A stretch of 64,000 bases of DNA from Candidatus Poribacteria bacterium (GCA_965215015.1 OZ244042.1:3296001-3360000); one strand, 5' to 3'; positions 40,843 to 51,251 are shown, numbered from the stretch's first letter. Translations and numbers: made by a program. The notes: generated by a model not told the origin, from the letters alone.

Positions 40843-42294
40843 ATCAGGATTTTCAGGATGGAAGGATTTTCAGGATAAGTATCACCATCGACGGATTTTT
40901 TTTGCCTCGGTAACAACCCGAATTCGGATAGTATACTCATTATACAATTTAACCCCTGAAGAAATTGCTATTGTGGAGGGTGCGGCAAATGGCTGAATTA
41001 GATAAGGTGGCTATTTGAATCCGTGTGCTGAATTAGGGTTTCCAGGCTGGATGGATAAACAGGATAGGGCAGCATCTAAAAATCCTGAGAATCATAGAAT
41101 CAGGTGAATCCAGATTCTGACCATTTATAGGGTCTGCCTCCTGAAGACATCGGTATTGTGGCGGGTGCGGAAAATGTCTGAATCAGGGTTTCCAGGCTGG
41201 ATGGATAAACAGGATAGGGCAGCATCTAAAAATCCTGAGAATCATAGAATCCGGGTTCTGACCATTTATAGGGTCTGCCCTGTGAAGACATCGCGATTGT
41301 GGAGGGAAATGTCTGAATCAGGATTTTCAGGGTGGATGGATAAACAGGCTAGAAACGGCAGCATCTAAAAATCCTGAGAATCGTAGAATCTTGTGAATCC
41401 AGATTCTGACAATTGATACGGTGTCACTCCTGAAGAAATCGGTATTGTGGAGGGCGCGGATTTTTTGAATCTGCGTTAACCTTGAATCTGCGTTAATCTG
41501 CGATTCTGACGCTGCGGGAAATTAAGATTGTGAATGAGACACTAATTGTCTGAATCAAGATTTTCAGGATGGAAGGATAAACAGGATAAGTATCACCATA
41601 GACGGATTTTTTTGCCTCCGTAACACCCCGAATTCGGATAGTATAGTCATTATACAATTTAACCCCTGCAGACATCGCTATTGTGGAGGGTGCGGCAAAT
41701 GGCTGAATTAGGATTTTCAGGATGGAAGGATAAACAGACTAGAAACGGCAGCATCTAAAAATCCTGAGAATCATAGAATCTTGTGAATCCAGATTCTGAC
41801 AATTTATAGGGTCTGCCTCCTGCAGACATCGGTATTGTGGCGGGTGCGGAAAATGCCTGAATCAGGATTTCCAGGCTGGAAGGATAAACAGTATAGAAAC
41901 GGCAGCATCTAAAAATCCTGAGAATCATAGAATCTTGTGAATCCAGATTCTGACAATTGTATACGGTCTGCCTCCTGAAGAAATCGCGATTGTGGAGGGA
42001 AATGTCTGAATCAGGATTTCCAGGATGGATGGATAGACAGTATAGAAACGGCAGCCTCTAAAAATCCTGAGAATCGTAGAATCTTGTGAATCCAGATTCT
42101 GACAATTGATACGGTGTCACTCCTGAAGAAATCGGTATTGTGGAGGGTGCGGCAAATGTCTGGATCAGATAAGGTGGCTATTTGAATCCGTGTGCTGAAT
42201 CAGGCTTTCAGGATGGAGGGATAGACAGTATAGAAACGGCAGCACCTAAGAATCCTGAGAATCATAGAATCTTGTGAATCCAGATTCTGACAAG
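40836..42294 (+). repeat. Degenerate tandem array: 9 units of MTase 3'-end copy plus ~100-bp inverted-repeat element
   Basis: attgtg anchors at 40816 (gene), 40970, 41155, 41296, 41444, 41527, 41680, 41834, 41989, 42137. Element ends tgtctgaatc ... gattctgaca. Confidence 0.92.
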
Positions 42295-42335
42295 AGACAT
42301 ACCAACAGAGTATAAAAATAATGGAGGTTTCGTCC

Positions 42336-43157
42336 ATGACCCAATCGGCATCAAGCAGTTTCGATAAACCGGAGAATTTTAGTTTAACTGAGGGCCAGAT
42401 TACGCAGTTCAAGCTCAACGGCTTCCTCGTGGTCGAAGAGGTCCTATCTCCGGAAGAGGTGGAAATCCTCTCTGCCCATACCGACCTAATAGCGGCCGGT
42501 AAGGCGGAAAATATTCCGGAAACGAGCATTCAACTTGAAGCGGCTTTCCGCGAGGGCTCGAAGCCTGTTACGAATCAGGTCTTATCGGTCCGCAAGCTAT
42601 ACAACCTAGCTGTCTACGACGAGGTGATGTGGACGCATGTCTGTAACCCCAAAATTGTGAACATTATAGCGGCACTATTGGGAACCGATGATATCAAGAT
42701 GTACGGAGATCAGCTATTCATGAAAGCACCGGAGGGAGTCGGCACAGCGCAGCGTTGGCACCAAGACTCTGCCTCATGGCGGGACATCTTCCCGAAAGAT
42801 TTGGTTACAGCATGGACAGCTATTGACCACGCAACGATGGATAACGGGTGCCTGAATTTTGTCCCCGGAACCCACCGCTGGGGCATGATGCGTGGCGAAC
42901 AGTTGGCACCGTTTCTGAAAGACTTAGGAACTGACCAATGGCCGATTATCCCTGTGCCGTTGAGATCGGGCAGCATTAGCTTCCACCACAGTCTCACGCT
43001 GCATCAAAGCAACGCTAACAAATCCAATACACGTCGTCGTGGCTACGCGGTACACTACATGCGCGCGACCTCCCGCCGGGATGAATCGGTGACTGATGCG
43101 CCGAAGATGCCTCCCTTCAAGCAGGTGCGCGGCCGTTCATGGCGGGGGCGCGTGTGA
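42336..43157 (+). CDS. Phytanoyl-CoA dioxygenase (PhyH) family protein
   Basis: WHQD, NGCLNFVPGTH, HHSLTLH, NxSxxRR. Confidence 0.92.
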   Translation: MTQSASSSFDKPENFSLTEGQITQFKLNGFLVVEEVLSPEEVEILSAHTDLIAAGKAENIPETSIQLEAAFREGSKPVTNQVLSVRKLYNLAVYDEVMWTHVCNPKIVNIIAALLGTDDIKMYGDQLFMKAPEGVGTAQRWHQDSASWRDIFPKDLVTAWTAIDHATMDNGCLNFVPGTHRWGMMRGEQLAPFLKDLGTDQWPIIPVPLRSGSISFHHSLTLHQSNANKSNTRRRGYAVHYMRATSRRDESVTDAPKMPPFKQVRGRSWRGRV

Positions 43158-43171
43158 GGACTGAAAACAAA

Positions 43172-44224
43172 ATGTCAAATCGGCAGCGACTCCTAACAAC
43201 TGTTTTTATCTTTTTTCTAAGCTGTATGTTTGTCCGTGAGGTTTCTGTGGCTCTAGCAAACACAGCACGTCTTATCTCCGCAACCCCATTGTCCCAAATC
43301 GCCGTTCAGTTGCGATTTGATCAGACCTTAGACCCACAATCAGCAGAGAATGTGTCAAACTACCGAATCGAGCCAGAGATTGGAATTGAATGGGCAACGC
43401 TCGATTCACGGATGGATATTGTACACCTGTACACCAATCCACTCGAAATTGACAAAAGATATACCCTGAGAATTGAGGGAATAACTGACGCAAATCAGGA
43501 AATCGCTATCACGCTGCCGGAAACGATGGAGATAACCTTCGGTGAAGGTCGAGAGGTGACATTCTCAGGGGTCTTGCGGGATACGACTCTGATCGTCCAT
43601 CCGCAAAAGAAGGAGAAAAACTACAACGCCGGTGGGGAAGGATTTTTGCTGTGTACGCCGATCGGGGGTGTTTTCTTTGTCGCTTTTGACATCATGGAGG
43701 TTTTTGAGGAAATCGGCATCATACGAGCGGCTAGCATCTTAGACGCGTCGATCAGCCTTTATGCAGAATCTGTCGGAAATAATGCTCCCCAGCAGATTAT
43801 TATTCGGCGTGTGTTGCTCCCTTGGCATGAGGGTGCACAAAAATCGCAGCCAGCGAAGGAGAATGAACTCACCTACAACAGTGCGATGCACCAAAATTTC
43901 CCGTGGAATAAACCGCCGGCACAAGCGATGTTGGAAGGTATCAACGGTGAGGCCGCAAGTGATTACAACGGTTCGGAGGATGTCGCATATCGAATCGATG
44001 GACTGGCAGAGATTGGAGCGGCTGAAATGCGATATATATGGAAGGGAATTCTGGTAACAGATGCCGTGCGTTTTTGGTTTACCAACCCCGATTATAGCTA
44101 CGGCTACCTGTTTGCTGTGCGAGATGGCACAGCATCGGTTCGTTTCTCTTCCAAAGAGCATCCCGATGAAACCCTCCGACCCATCCTAACAATCCGGTAT
44201 CGGACACAGGTAGAAAATAACTAA
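43172..44224 (+). CDS. Secreted protein: Ig-like domain plus DNRLRE-like domain
   Basis: Signal peptide, LRFDQTLDPQSAENVSNY, VTDAVRFW...PDYSYG...FSSKE...RPILTI. Confidence 0.65.
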   Translation: MSNRQRLLTTVFIFFLSCMFVREVSVALANTARLISATPLSQIAVQLRFDQTLDPQSAENVSNYRIEPEIGIEWATLDSRMDIVHLYTNPLEIDKRYTLRIEGITDANQEIAITLPETMEITFGEGREVTFSGVLRDTTLIVHPQKKEKNYNAGGEGFLLCTPIGGVFFVAFDIMEVFEEIGIIRAASILDASISLYAESVGNNAPQQIIIRRVLLPWHEGAQKSQPAKENELTYNSAMHQNFPWNKPPAQAMLEGINGEAASDYNGSEDVAYRIDGLAEIGAAEMRYIWKGILVTDAVRFWFTNPDYSYGYLFAVRDGTASVRFSSKEHPDETLRPILTIRYRTQVENN

Positions 44225-44246
44225 TAATGGGCCGGATGAAACATGG

Positions 44247-45566
44247 CTACGTTGTCAAATAAGACCTTATCCGAGCCAATGTCCGCTCGGATGCCCCCAA
44301 ATTTTCTTCGATGACCTGTTTTCCGATTTGTCCCATTTGGATCCGTTTTGCCTCATCAGGGAGCAGCGATGCAAGTGCTTCCATCATCTCTTGAGCATTA
44401 TTAACCAGCTGAGCCGCCCCTCGTGTCTTTAGGATACCTGCCTCATAGGCGTTATGAATCGTGGGACCGAATAGAATCGGTTTTGCCATCGCCGCTGGCT
44501 CCATCACATTGTGAACGCTCCCGTGGAAACTCCCCCCGACAAAAGCAACATCCCCCAACTTATAAAGTTGTGCCAACAAACCAACGGCATCAATCACAAT
44601 GACATCAATTCGGCTCAGATCGATGCCTTCCCGTAATTCTGAAAAACATATCTGTGAAATTCCCAGGCGGTCAAGCTGCGTCTGAATCTCGTCAATCCGT
44701 TCCGCGGTCGGTTCGTGGGGGACGAGGATTAAATGCGGCACGTTATCTTGAATCCTGATGCCATTGGGGGCGTATGATACGTCTTCACATAAGCGGCAGC
44801 AGACTTCAAGCACGACCCGTTCATCCTCCGGGTAAGTGCTTCCTGCAATCAGAATTGGGCGTTGTAAGGTCGATTGTCCCGGGAAGAATTCAGTCGTCCC
44901 ATTGACGGTGATTGCTCGTTGGTAGACGCGATCAAAGCGAGTATCTCCCGTTACCTCGATTTGCGCGGACAGCGGACAAATCATGCGAAACCGTTGTGCA
45001 TCGTCCTCCGAAATCACACAATGCACCGAAATGTATCGATGGACATCTCGGAAAAAGGAACGTGCAAAGAATCCTAACCGTCTGGACTTGGGGTGTAGTG
45101 TTCCCGCGATGAGCGCGACCGGGACCTTGTACTTAGCAGCACACCAAACCAGGTTGGGCCAGATATCAAACTTGGAGAAAACAAGAAGAGATGGCTTAAC
45201 AATTTGCAGGAGACGTTCTGCGTTTCGGGGGGTGTCCAATGGAAGGTAGATAGCAGCGTCGTGGTGGGGATATCTTGCTACGTTGGGGTGGACGGAGGGT
45301 GAGAAGTAAGTTAAGACAATACGCGCCTCATCTTTGAGACTTTCGATGAGCGGCTTGGCTTGCTCAAATTCCCCGACGGAGGTGAAATGAAACCACGCCG
45401 TTTGATTAAGTTCTCGTGCTGAACTCAATTGACTTTCGATTGAGTCGAAAACGCTTCGCCGCCCGGCAATCCCTTCACGAACTTTAGAATTAAACCGAGC
45501 GGCTGTGTAGAACCCAACGACTAACGCGGGGATTACAAGTATATTATAGAGCGTTTTCCAGAGCAT
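44247..45566 (-). CDS. waaA: 3-deoxy-D-manno-octulosonic acid transferase
   Basis: WFHFTSVGEF, YLPLD, GDTRFD, AGST, AFVGGS, HNVMEPA. Confidence 0.92.
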   Translation of the reverse strand: MLWKTLYNILVIPALVVGFYTAARFNSKVREGIAGRRSVFDSIESQLSSARELNQTAWFHFTSVGEFEQAKPLIESLKDEARIVLTYFSPSVHPNVARYPHHDAAIYLPLDTPRNAERLLQIVKPSLLVFSKFDIWPNLVWCAAKYKVPVALIAGTLHPKSRRLGFFARSFFRDVHRYISVHCVISEDDAQRFRMICPLSAQIEVTGDTRFDRVYQRAITVNGTTEFFPGQSTLQRPILIAGSTYPEDERVVLEVCCRLCEDVSYAPNGIRIQDNVPHLILVPHEPTAERIDEIQTQLDRLGISQICFSELREGIDLSRIDVIVIDAVGLLAQLYKLGDVAFVGGSFHGSVHNVMEPAAMAKPILFGPTIHNAYEAGILKTRGAAQLVNNAQEMMEALASLLPDEAKRIQMGQIGKQVIEENLGASERTLARIRSYLTT

Positions 45567-45697
45567 GGTATCCTAAAGCATAATGCGTCGCGCTATCAAC
45601 CTTGAGCTTAGACATCTATGTGAAACTCCCTGTGAGAGAAAGATGAACTTAGCGTGCGTAAGACGTAAAGTCTTTCGTGTTGTATGATACGGTATGT

Positions 45698-46024
45698 TTA
45701 TAGCGCAGAGAGGATTTTGTTTTTGAGTGTATCTTTTGGATGTGCACCGACAATCTGCTCTGCCACGTCTCCTTCCTTAATGACTAGAAGCGTTGGGATG
45801 CTACGAATGCCATACTTCATTGCAGTCTCTCGGTTGTCATCCACATTCAGCTTGCCTACCTTGAATTTGCCGACATACTCATCAGCAAGTTGTTCAAGAG
45901 TCGGGGCAATCATTTTGCACGGGCCGCACCATTCCGCCCAAAAATCGACAACAATTGGCGTCTCGGAATTCAAAACAGTTTCTTCAAAGTTGGCATCGGT
46001 GATTTCTAAAACATTCTCAGTCAT
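45698..46024 (-). CDS. trxA: Thioredoxin
   Basis: DFWAEWCGPCK, SIPT. Confidence 0.97.
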   Translation of the reverse strand: MTENVLEITDANFEETVLNSETPIVVDFWAEWCGPCKMIAPTLEQLADEYVGKFKVGKLNVDDNRETAMKYGIRSIPTLLVIKEGDVAEQIVGAHPKDTLKNKILSAL

Positions 46025-46120
46025 GAGTGATCTCCTTATACGTGAAGTATCAGAATATTTTCATTACATTTTACATTATAATATGATACCCTACAAAAGT
46101 CAGCGTGTCAATCAATGATC

Positions 46121-46273
46121 GCTCATGTTAAGAAATCGTGCAACAGTCCCCGAGTTTTTTGTTGAAAACTCGGGGGCAAATACCAATGGTGTTGGACTCT
46201 GGTGTTTGGTGAATTGAGCCAAAACTGTTGCGCGATGTTCCGGGTATCTTTGTACTTTCTTTTTATATGAGCC
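46121..46273. mobile_element. MITE-like family 3 element, copy 2
   Basis: gctcatgttaagaaatcgtgcaa ... ttgtactttctttttatatgagcc; similar along its whole length to 59813-59967. Confidence 0.75.
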
Positions 46274-46281
46274 TCAATGGT

Positions 46282-48088
46282 TTACGCTTCGTCCGGCATT
46301 GTCCGCAAATCGTCCACCGTCTTTTTGAGATTTTCAGCGGTTTCTTTTTTTAGGATAAAAACCGTATCCGGTGCATTCTGCAAGCGTCCGTAGTGGTGCT
46401 CATCATCAGCGAGTTTCCCGATTTCTAGTAGGTGCTCCGTTCGATCCTTCAGCGTGACAGCCAGTTGCATCTCCGGCACATCAAGCCCTGTTGTTGTTAT
46501 GGGGGGCGACACGGCTAAAAACACTTCGACTGTCAATTGGTTTATCTGATGGATGATGCTGCTGACCGCTCCGTTTTTCGCGTCCTCGTGTACCGGATGC
46601 GTGAGTCGCCAATTCGTTCCCTGCTTTTGACAGGTCAGATTGACTCCACCATACTTCAAGACAAATTTGACAGCGGCATCGCTGTCGAAATCAAGAATCT
46701 GTTTATCCCGTAGTTCTGCGACTCCCACTCTAACAAGATCGAGGAGGTTTTTCTTGACCAAAAAGACTGGTTCAGCGTTTTGGGCTTTGACATAAATGTT
46801 ATCCCCTTTCATCTTCCCCACAAGCAGGACAGCAGGTTCGGCGTCGGGCACCATGAACGCAGACTCAATCGAAGGCGAATCCAAACCATAAGGTTGAAGA
46901 TTCTTCGGTTGATCGTCTACGAATGCCACTGCCTTCAGCGCATCCACGCCAAATAGGAGGTCATCAACTGCCTCTTCATCTGCTTTCAGGGTAACTGGTG
47001 TTGTAATCTCCCATTCACCGTCCATATTTTTTTGACACACAATCTTGCTATCCCCTTGACGGATTGCAAACCGATGGGTGGCTGTGCGCTGGAAGTCAAT
47101 AACCCGCTTATCGCGGAGATCAAAAATGGTTTTGTTCAACTTCGTGTAGATCTCTTTATTGACCGCATAAACGGCATGGTGGTCGGAACGTGCAACGTAA
47201 ATCCGCCCGGGTGTTCCCGCATCGCTGCCAATTTGTAACTCTTGTATTGAGCCATCAGCCGTGGATTGGAATGCGACGGTAATCCTCGGTTGAGCAAGTC
47301 CGTAACTGGCAGGATTGTACTCACCATCCGCTTCAAAGAGGACCACCCTCAAGCTGCCAATTGCGGATACGATATCTTCAACTGCTCTAGGATCGGCTTT
47401 TGCCTTTACCGGTTGAATTATTTTCCATTCACCCGGTTCTCCCGTTGCATCGGGATTTGAAGCGACCTGCCTCTCGCAATGAATATCGGGTTGCCCGGCA
47501 ACCTGAAGATGGAGTGCTGCAACTTCAGCCGGTAAAAATTTGAAAACGCTCCGATCTCGAAAATCTGAAGGCGACTTTGTAAAATCATCAAGCGCACTCG
47601 ATTCAATCAGAAAGATATGGGATTCCGATTGCTCCTTTGTGTAGACAGAATAGTTGACGGTCTTATCACCGATAAGGAAGGTTTTGGCTGGATCTTTTCC
47701 CTCTGTCCACAATTCGATCCGGATATTGGGTGGCTGTAGTCCGTATTGCGCCAAATCTTCCGCTTCGATTGTCTGTTTGACCTGTTTTTCGAGTAGATCT
47801 TGCAGCATCTCATCAATCTTGTGTGGATTAGCCTCAGCAGTAAGGGGGGGCCGTCAATTGCCATATACTGTCAGCGTTTTTTGCCAATGTCAAAGATCGA
47901 TACGATTCGTCCTTGAACGACAAGCGAATCCGCCGAATCTCGTCTGTACTGAGTGCATAAACCTCGCGAATCTTCTGGGCATCTATCTTCGACTGCTCTG
48001 TATCGGGAGATGGACGCCCGAAAAAGAAATATACGCCGCCGAGTAGGATAAATATTGCAAGAATAATCAGTGTCGTTTTGAAATTCAT
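46282..48088 (-). pseudogene. Multi-repeat DUF4340 protein with a frameshift in a C7 run
   Basis: Repeated W..P...AD...YGL..P units. Removing one base of G7 at 47844-47850 gives WQLTAPLTAEANPHKIDEMLQ, joining the two ORFs. RBS ggaggtg. Confidence 0.82.
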
Positions 48089-48302
48089 ATAAATCACCTC
48101 CTGACTTACCTGTATACCAATTTGCCATCTGGGCCTTGACAAGCTACGTGTTCTCTTTTGGTTCTCTTTTGGTAGCTGGTGACAAATAACTCTCGTCCTT
48201 TTCACTCATTACTTCTCACACCTCACGCGAGACAACGGATGCAGCGTTGGTTCAACTTTTCAAGGGCTTAATGACTATATGAGTCTATCAGATTTACCGG
48301 CA

Positions 48303-49748
48303 CTATTTTACGACAATGACTGTGCCGGTATCGAAACTTTCACCCACTTGAATCTGGTAAACGTAAACGCCACTTTCGACGAGATTGCCAATTTCATCTT
48401 TGCCATCCCATTCCAAATCACGCGCACCCGGATTAGCAGATTTTAATTCCCTGATGAGAACACCATTGATGTTGAAAATGATAACACTAAACTCACCCTC
48501 AACCCCTTCAATGGCACGAGTGGGAAATACAACACGATTAAAATCGGGATTGTTCGAGAGTGGGGTAAATGGATTAGGAAAGGGTTTACCGAGGATGCGC
48601 AGGATTTGGGAAATCTGCTCCGATCGATGTCCTACTTCATCAACTGCTTCAATAGCGTAGGTAAAAACGCCGACCCCCAGTTTCCGCTCATCTAAAAACT
48701 CATTGACCCCCTCTATAGGAATTTCTACATTTTCCCCATTCCGGTTTCTTAGAGGCTTGAGTCGTGCGCCCAACCTACCGAAAAAGAGTCTATATTTGAC
48801 AACATCGGGGGTTGGGCTGCTAATCCAACTTAGGTTGATTATATCGTCAGATTCAACGACGGCCATGCTTCCGGGAGGTTGAGGTCGGGCGGTGTCCGGT
48901 AGGACTTCGACAGGGACAGATTCGGAACGTTTGGATCTCAGGAACGGTGTTTTATAGGATTCGATTGCGTAATCGTGCGTTCCCGGCTCGACGTTTACAT
49001 CTAGAAACCTTTCGGTATTCCGACTTGAATCAATTTCGACTTTGACATCGATGCGTGGTGCATTGTCGCGATAGATAAAGTAACCAACCACATCAGGATC
49101 ATCAGATTTCTCCCAAATGAGGATGACATCGTTTTCACCCTTCGCATCCGGTGTAGCCCTGAACCCTTCGACGGGGTCGGGGGGTACGTTGGAGATGATT
49201 TGCAGAGTAAAGTCGTCGTTATTCTGTTTGCCATCTGTATTACCTGGTTGGATAAATCCACCAATCGGTATATCTTCTAAGTTTCTGAGGCGCACTCTAA
49301 AAGTCACCTCTTCGGCAGTGGTGTCCGCTGTAGACGTGGGATTGGGCGTTTTGCTATCAAAGATAATCTCGTTGAGAGTATTTTCAAAATCTGTGATTGC
49401 CTCGTCTAAGCGAATACGCAGGCTATTCCCTATGGGTTCTGCAACTGCATCCACTTGCCAACCATCACGAGAAAAGGATTTGAAATTTGATGGCTCGACG
49501 CCGAATCCGGCTGGCAGTATGATTTCAATGGTTCTGATATCTTCATCAACCGCTCTGGCAAGTGAGCGATCAATCCGCAGCGTGACGATCAGCGTCACGG
49601 TTGAGCCTGCGGGAACAAGCCCCTGATCGTCGTCTTTAACGTTGATTTCGCCTATCGATGTAACCGCTGCGTGACCATTAGTTGCAAAACATACCACAAA
49701 AAATGCAATCAGTTCTACAAAGTGATAGCGTTGTTTTTTTTCGTTCAT
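48303..49748 (-). CDS. Secreted Fn3/Ig-domain protein with C-terminal FlgD-Ig / T9SS-like sorting domain
   Basis: Signal peptide, two Fn3-like units, C-terminal FPNPFTP...IFNINGVLIR...WDGKD...SGVYVYQI. Confidence 0.78.
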   Translation of the reverse strand: MNEKKQRYHFVELIAFFVVCFATNGHAAVTSIGEINVKDDDQGLVPAGSTVTLIVTLRIDRSLARAVDEDIRTIEIILPAGFGVEPSNFKSFSRDGWQVDAVAEPIGNSLRIRLDEAITDFENTLNEIIFDSKTPNPTSTADTTAEEVTFRVRLRNLEDIPIGGFIQPGNTDGKQNNDDFTLQIISNVPPDPVEGFRATPDAKGENDVILIWEKSDDPDVVGYFIYRDNAPRIDVKVEIDSSRNTERFLDVNVEPGTHDYAIESYKTPFLRSKRSESVPVEVLPDTARPQPPGSMAVVESDDIINLSWISSPTPDVVKYRLFFGRLGARLKPLRNRNGENVEIPIEGVNEFLDERKLGVGVFTYAIEAVDEVGHRSEQISQILRILGKPFPNPFTPLSNNPDFNRVVFPTRAIEGVEGEFSVIIFNINGVLIRELKSANPGARDLEWDGKDEIGNLVESGVYVYQIQVGESFDTGTVIVVK

Positions 49749-50704
49749 TCAAACATAAGGTTCAGCGAAAACCGTTGAGTCGTGTTGTCCGCTAGAGGTC
49801 CTGTGACAATCTGAAAAGCGTAATCTAGTTGGATTTGAAGTGCAGCAACCGGTAGTTTCACACTGCCGCCGAGCGAAATACCAGTCACACGGTTGACACC
49901 ACTTCTTAACGAATAGCCAGCGCGGATACCAACCGCTCTGTTGAGCCACAGTTCTGCACCGGTGTGAATGTGTCGATCCCCATCTCGAAAGGCAATTTCA
50001 AAAAGACCGAGCCCTGACTTGAGCACTTCCCGTAGGGCTTCTTGCTGGGTAGTAGCAGCGATTGCAGTCAGTCGATATACCAAGCCGACACGGATGTTTT
50101 TCGGGACGGGGTCTTCCCCCAACTCGGAGACACTGATATCGGCAGGGAAAAGATTCTCGGCCGAGAGTCCAAGGGTTAAACCTGTCACCGGATTTGCCAT
50201 CATACCGAGGTCAAAGGAAATGTCAGCGGCGGAGGTACGGGCGAAAAACTGATGGTTGTTTTTGATATGTACACTAACAGATTCGTTATTTTCATCAAAA
50301 TGGGTGCTCAAGGATTTCAGGTTCAGGCCAATTGCGAACCTCTGTAAGAAGGTTTTCCCATAAGATAGGGTAATGGTTTGTTCTTTATAAACTTCCGAAT
50401 CTTCGGTTAGAACACCGATGCTTGCGCCGAACGAACCTGCAGATTGAAGCGGCACAACCCCACCGATATGGTTATAATTGATGAGTCCTCTGAACCGTTG
50501 GGCGGTTGTTAGGTTGACGTGAATTGTGTTAATATAGCCAAGTCCGGCGGCGTTGTAACTCGCCGCGTTGCCATCGTCAGCTAGTGCCACGAACGCGCCA
50601 CCCATTCCGAGCGGTCGTGCGCCTATACCAATATCATTAAATGCGGCAAAAGCACCTCCTGTACACAGGATCAGCAGTCCGATTGCACAGATGACGATTC
50701 GCAC
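49745..50704 (-). CDS. PorV/PorQ-like (UPF0164) outer-membrane beta-barrel
   Basis: IGARPLGMGGAFVALADD...YNAAGL, IRAGY, LDYAF; 4-bp overlap with the downstream gene. Confidence 0.8.
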   Translation of the reverse strand: MRIVICAIGLLILCTGGAFAAFNDIGIGARPLGMGGAFVALADDGNAASYNAAGLGYINTIHVNLTTAQRFRGLINYNHIGGVVPLQSAGSFGASIGVLTEDSEVYKEQTITLSYGKTFLQRFAIGLNLKSLSTHFDENNESVSVHIKNNHQFFARTSAADISFDLGMMANPVTGLTLGLSAENLFPADISVSELGEDPVPKNIRVGLVYRLTAIAATTQQEALREVLKSGLGLFEIAFRDGDRHIHTGAELWLNRAVGIRAGYSLRSGVNRVTGISLGGSVKLPVAALQIQLDYAFQIVTGPLADNTTQRFSLNLMFE

Positions 50705-51020
50705 CTTATTTCCACCCCTGTGATTTTTCGTTGCTAAATAGAGATAAATCCTTCGCTTTTTTAATACTTATAGGACTTACGCGCTTTAGCTTATAGTGCC
50801 GCAATTCAATCCGCGTCACGACGGGCGATGAATCGCTCTACTACAAATCCTAATTCCTGTGTGTTGGAATAACACTTATCCCATGGAACACCCCCGATTG
50901 GGTGTAGGGAACAGCGATTGTTGTTACCTACGGGCTTGTTGATGGAGCCATTGCTGTAGTTGCTCAGTTCATTACTTACTAAGTGCTTACGCTGCGCGGA
51001 GCACGACAGCGTTTGACTAC

Positions 51021-51053
51021 AAAAAAAGCAGGGCATCTACTTGAACACCCCGC
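51021..51053 (-). terminator. Putative Rho-independent terminator
   Basis: Minus strand gcggggtgtt-caagta-gatgccctgc followed by T7; ~200 nt after the glycerate kinase stop. Confidence 0.55.
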
Positions 51054-51251
51054 CTCAAATCTGAAGGATCCTCAATACTCAAACGGGATAGCGTATGCTA
51101 CAGTGGTGGTTTTTGATTAAAAATTTCTCCATCGTGATGGTATCAAAAATCAAACCGGAAACTATTTTTACAGAGAGGACGTAACTCTTAGCATAAATAT
51201 CCTCGGTTACTCATAGTTTTCGTCAAGAACATCTTTACGATAGAGAGTCCT

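Noticed and set aside
40836-42294. CRISPR array
   Set aside because: The repeated element is ~100 bp and degenerate, the intervening segments are homologous to each other and to the MTase tail, and no cas genes are present.
40836-42294. Diversity-generating retroelement template or integron attC array
   Set aside because: No reverse transcriptase or integrase in the window, differences are not confined to adenines, and RYYYAAC/GTTRRRY core sites are absent.
40802-42529. Short ORFs 40802-40996, 41156-41368, 41493-41675 and 42200-42529
   Set aside because: Translations of the repeat units (recurrent MSESGFSGW), not independent genes.
47834-47836. YC-TGA at the end of ORF 47834-48205 as a CU selenoprotein motif
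   Set aside because: It arises from the homopolymer frameshift; the corrected frame reads APLTAEANPHKIDEM.
51054-51250. Riboswitch or sRNA ahead of the terminator, upstream of the PorV-like gene
   Set aside because: No recognisable aptamer consensus; it may simply be the 3' UTR of the glycerate kinase gene. An Rfam scan would decide.
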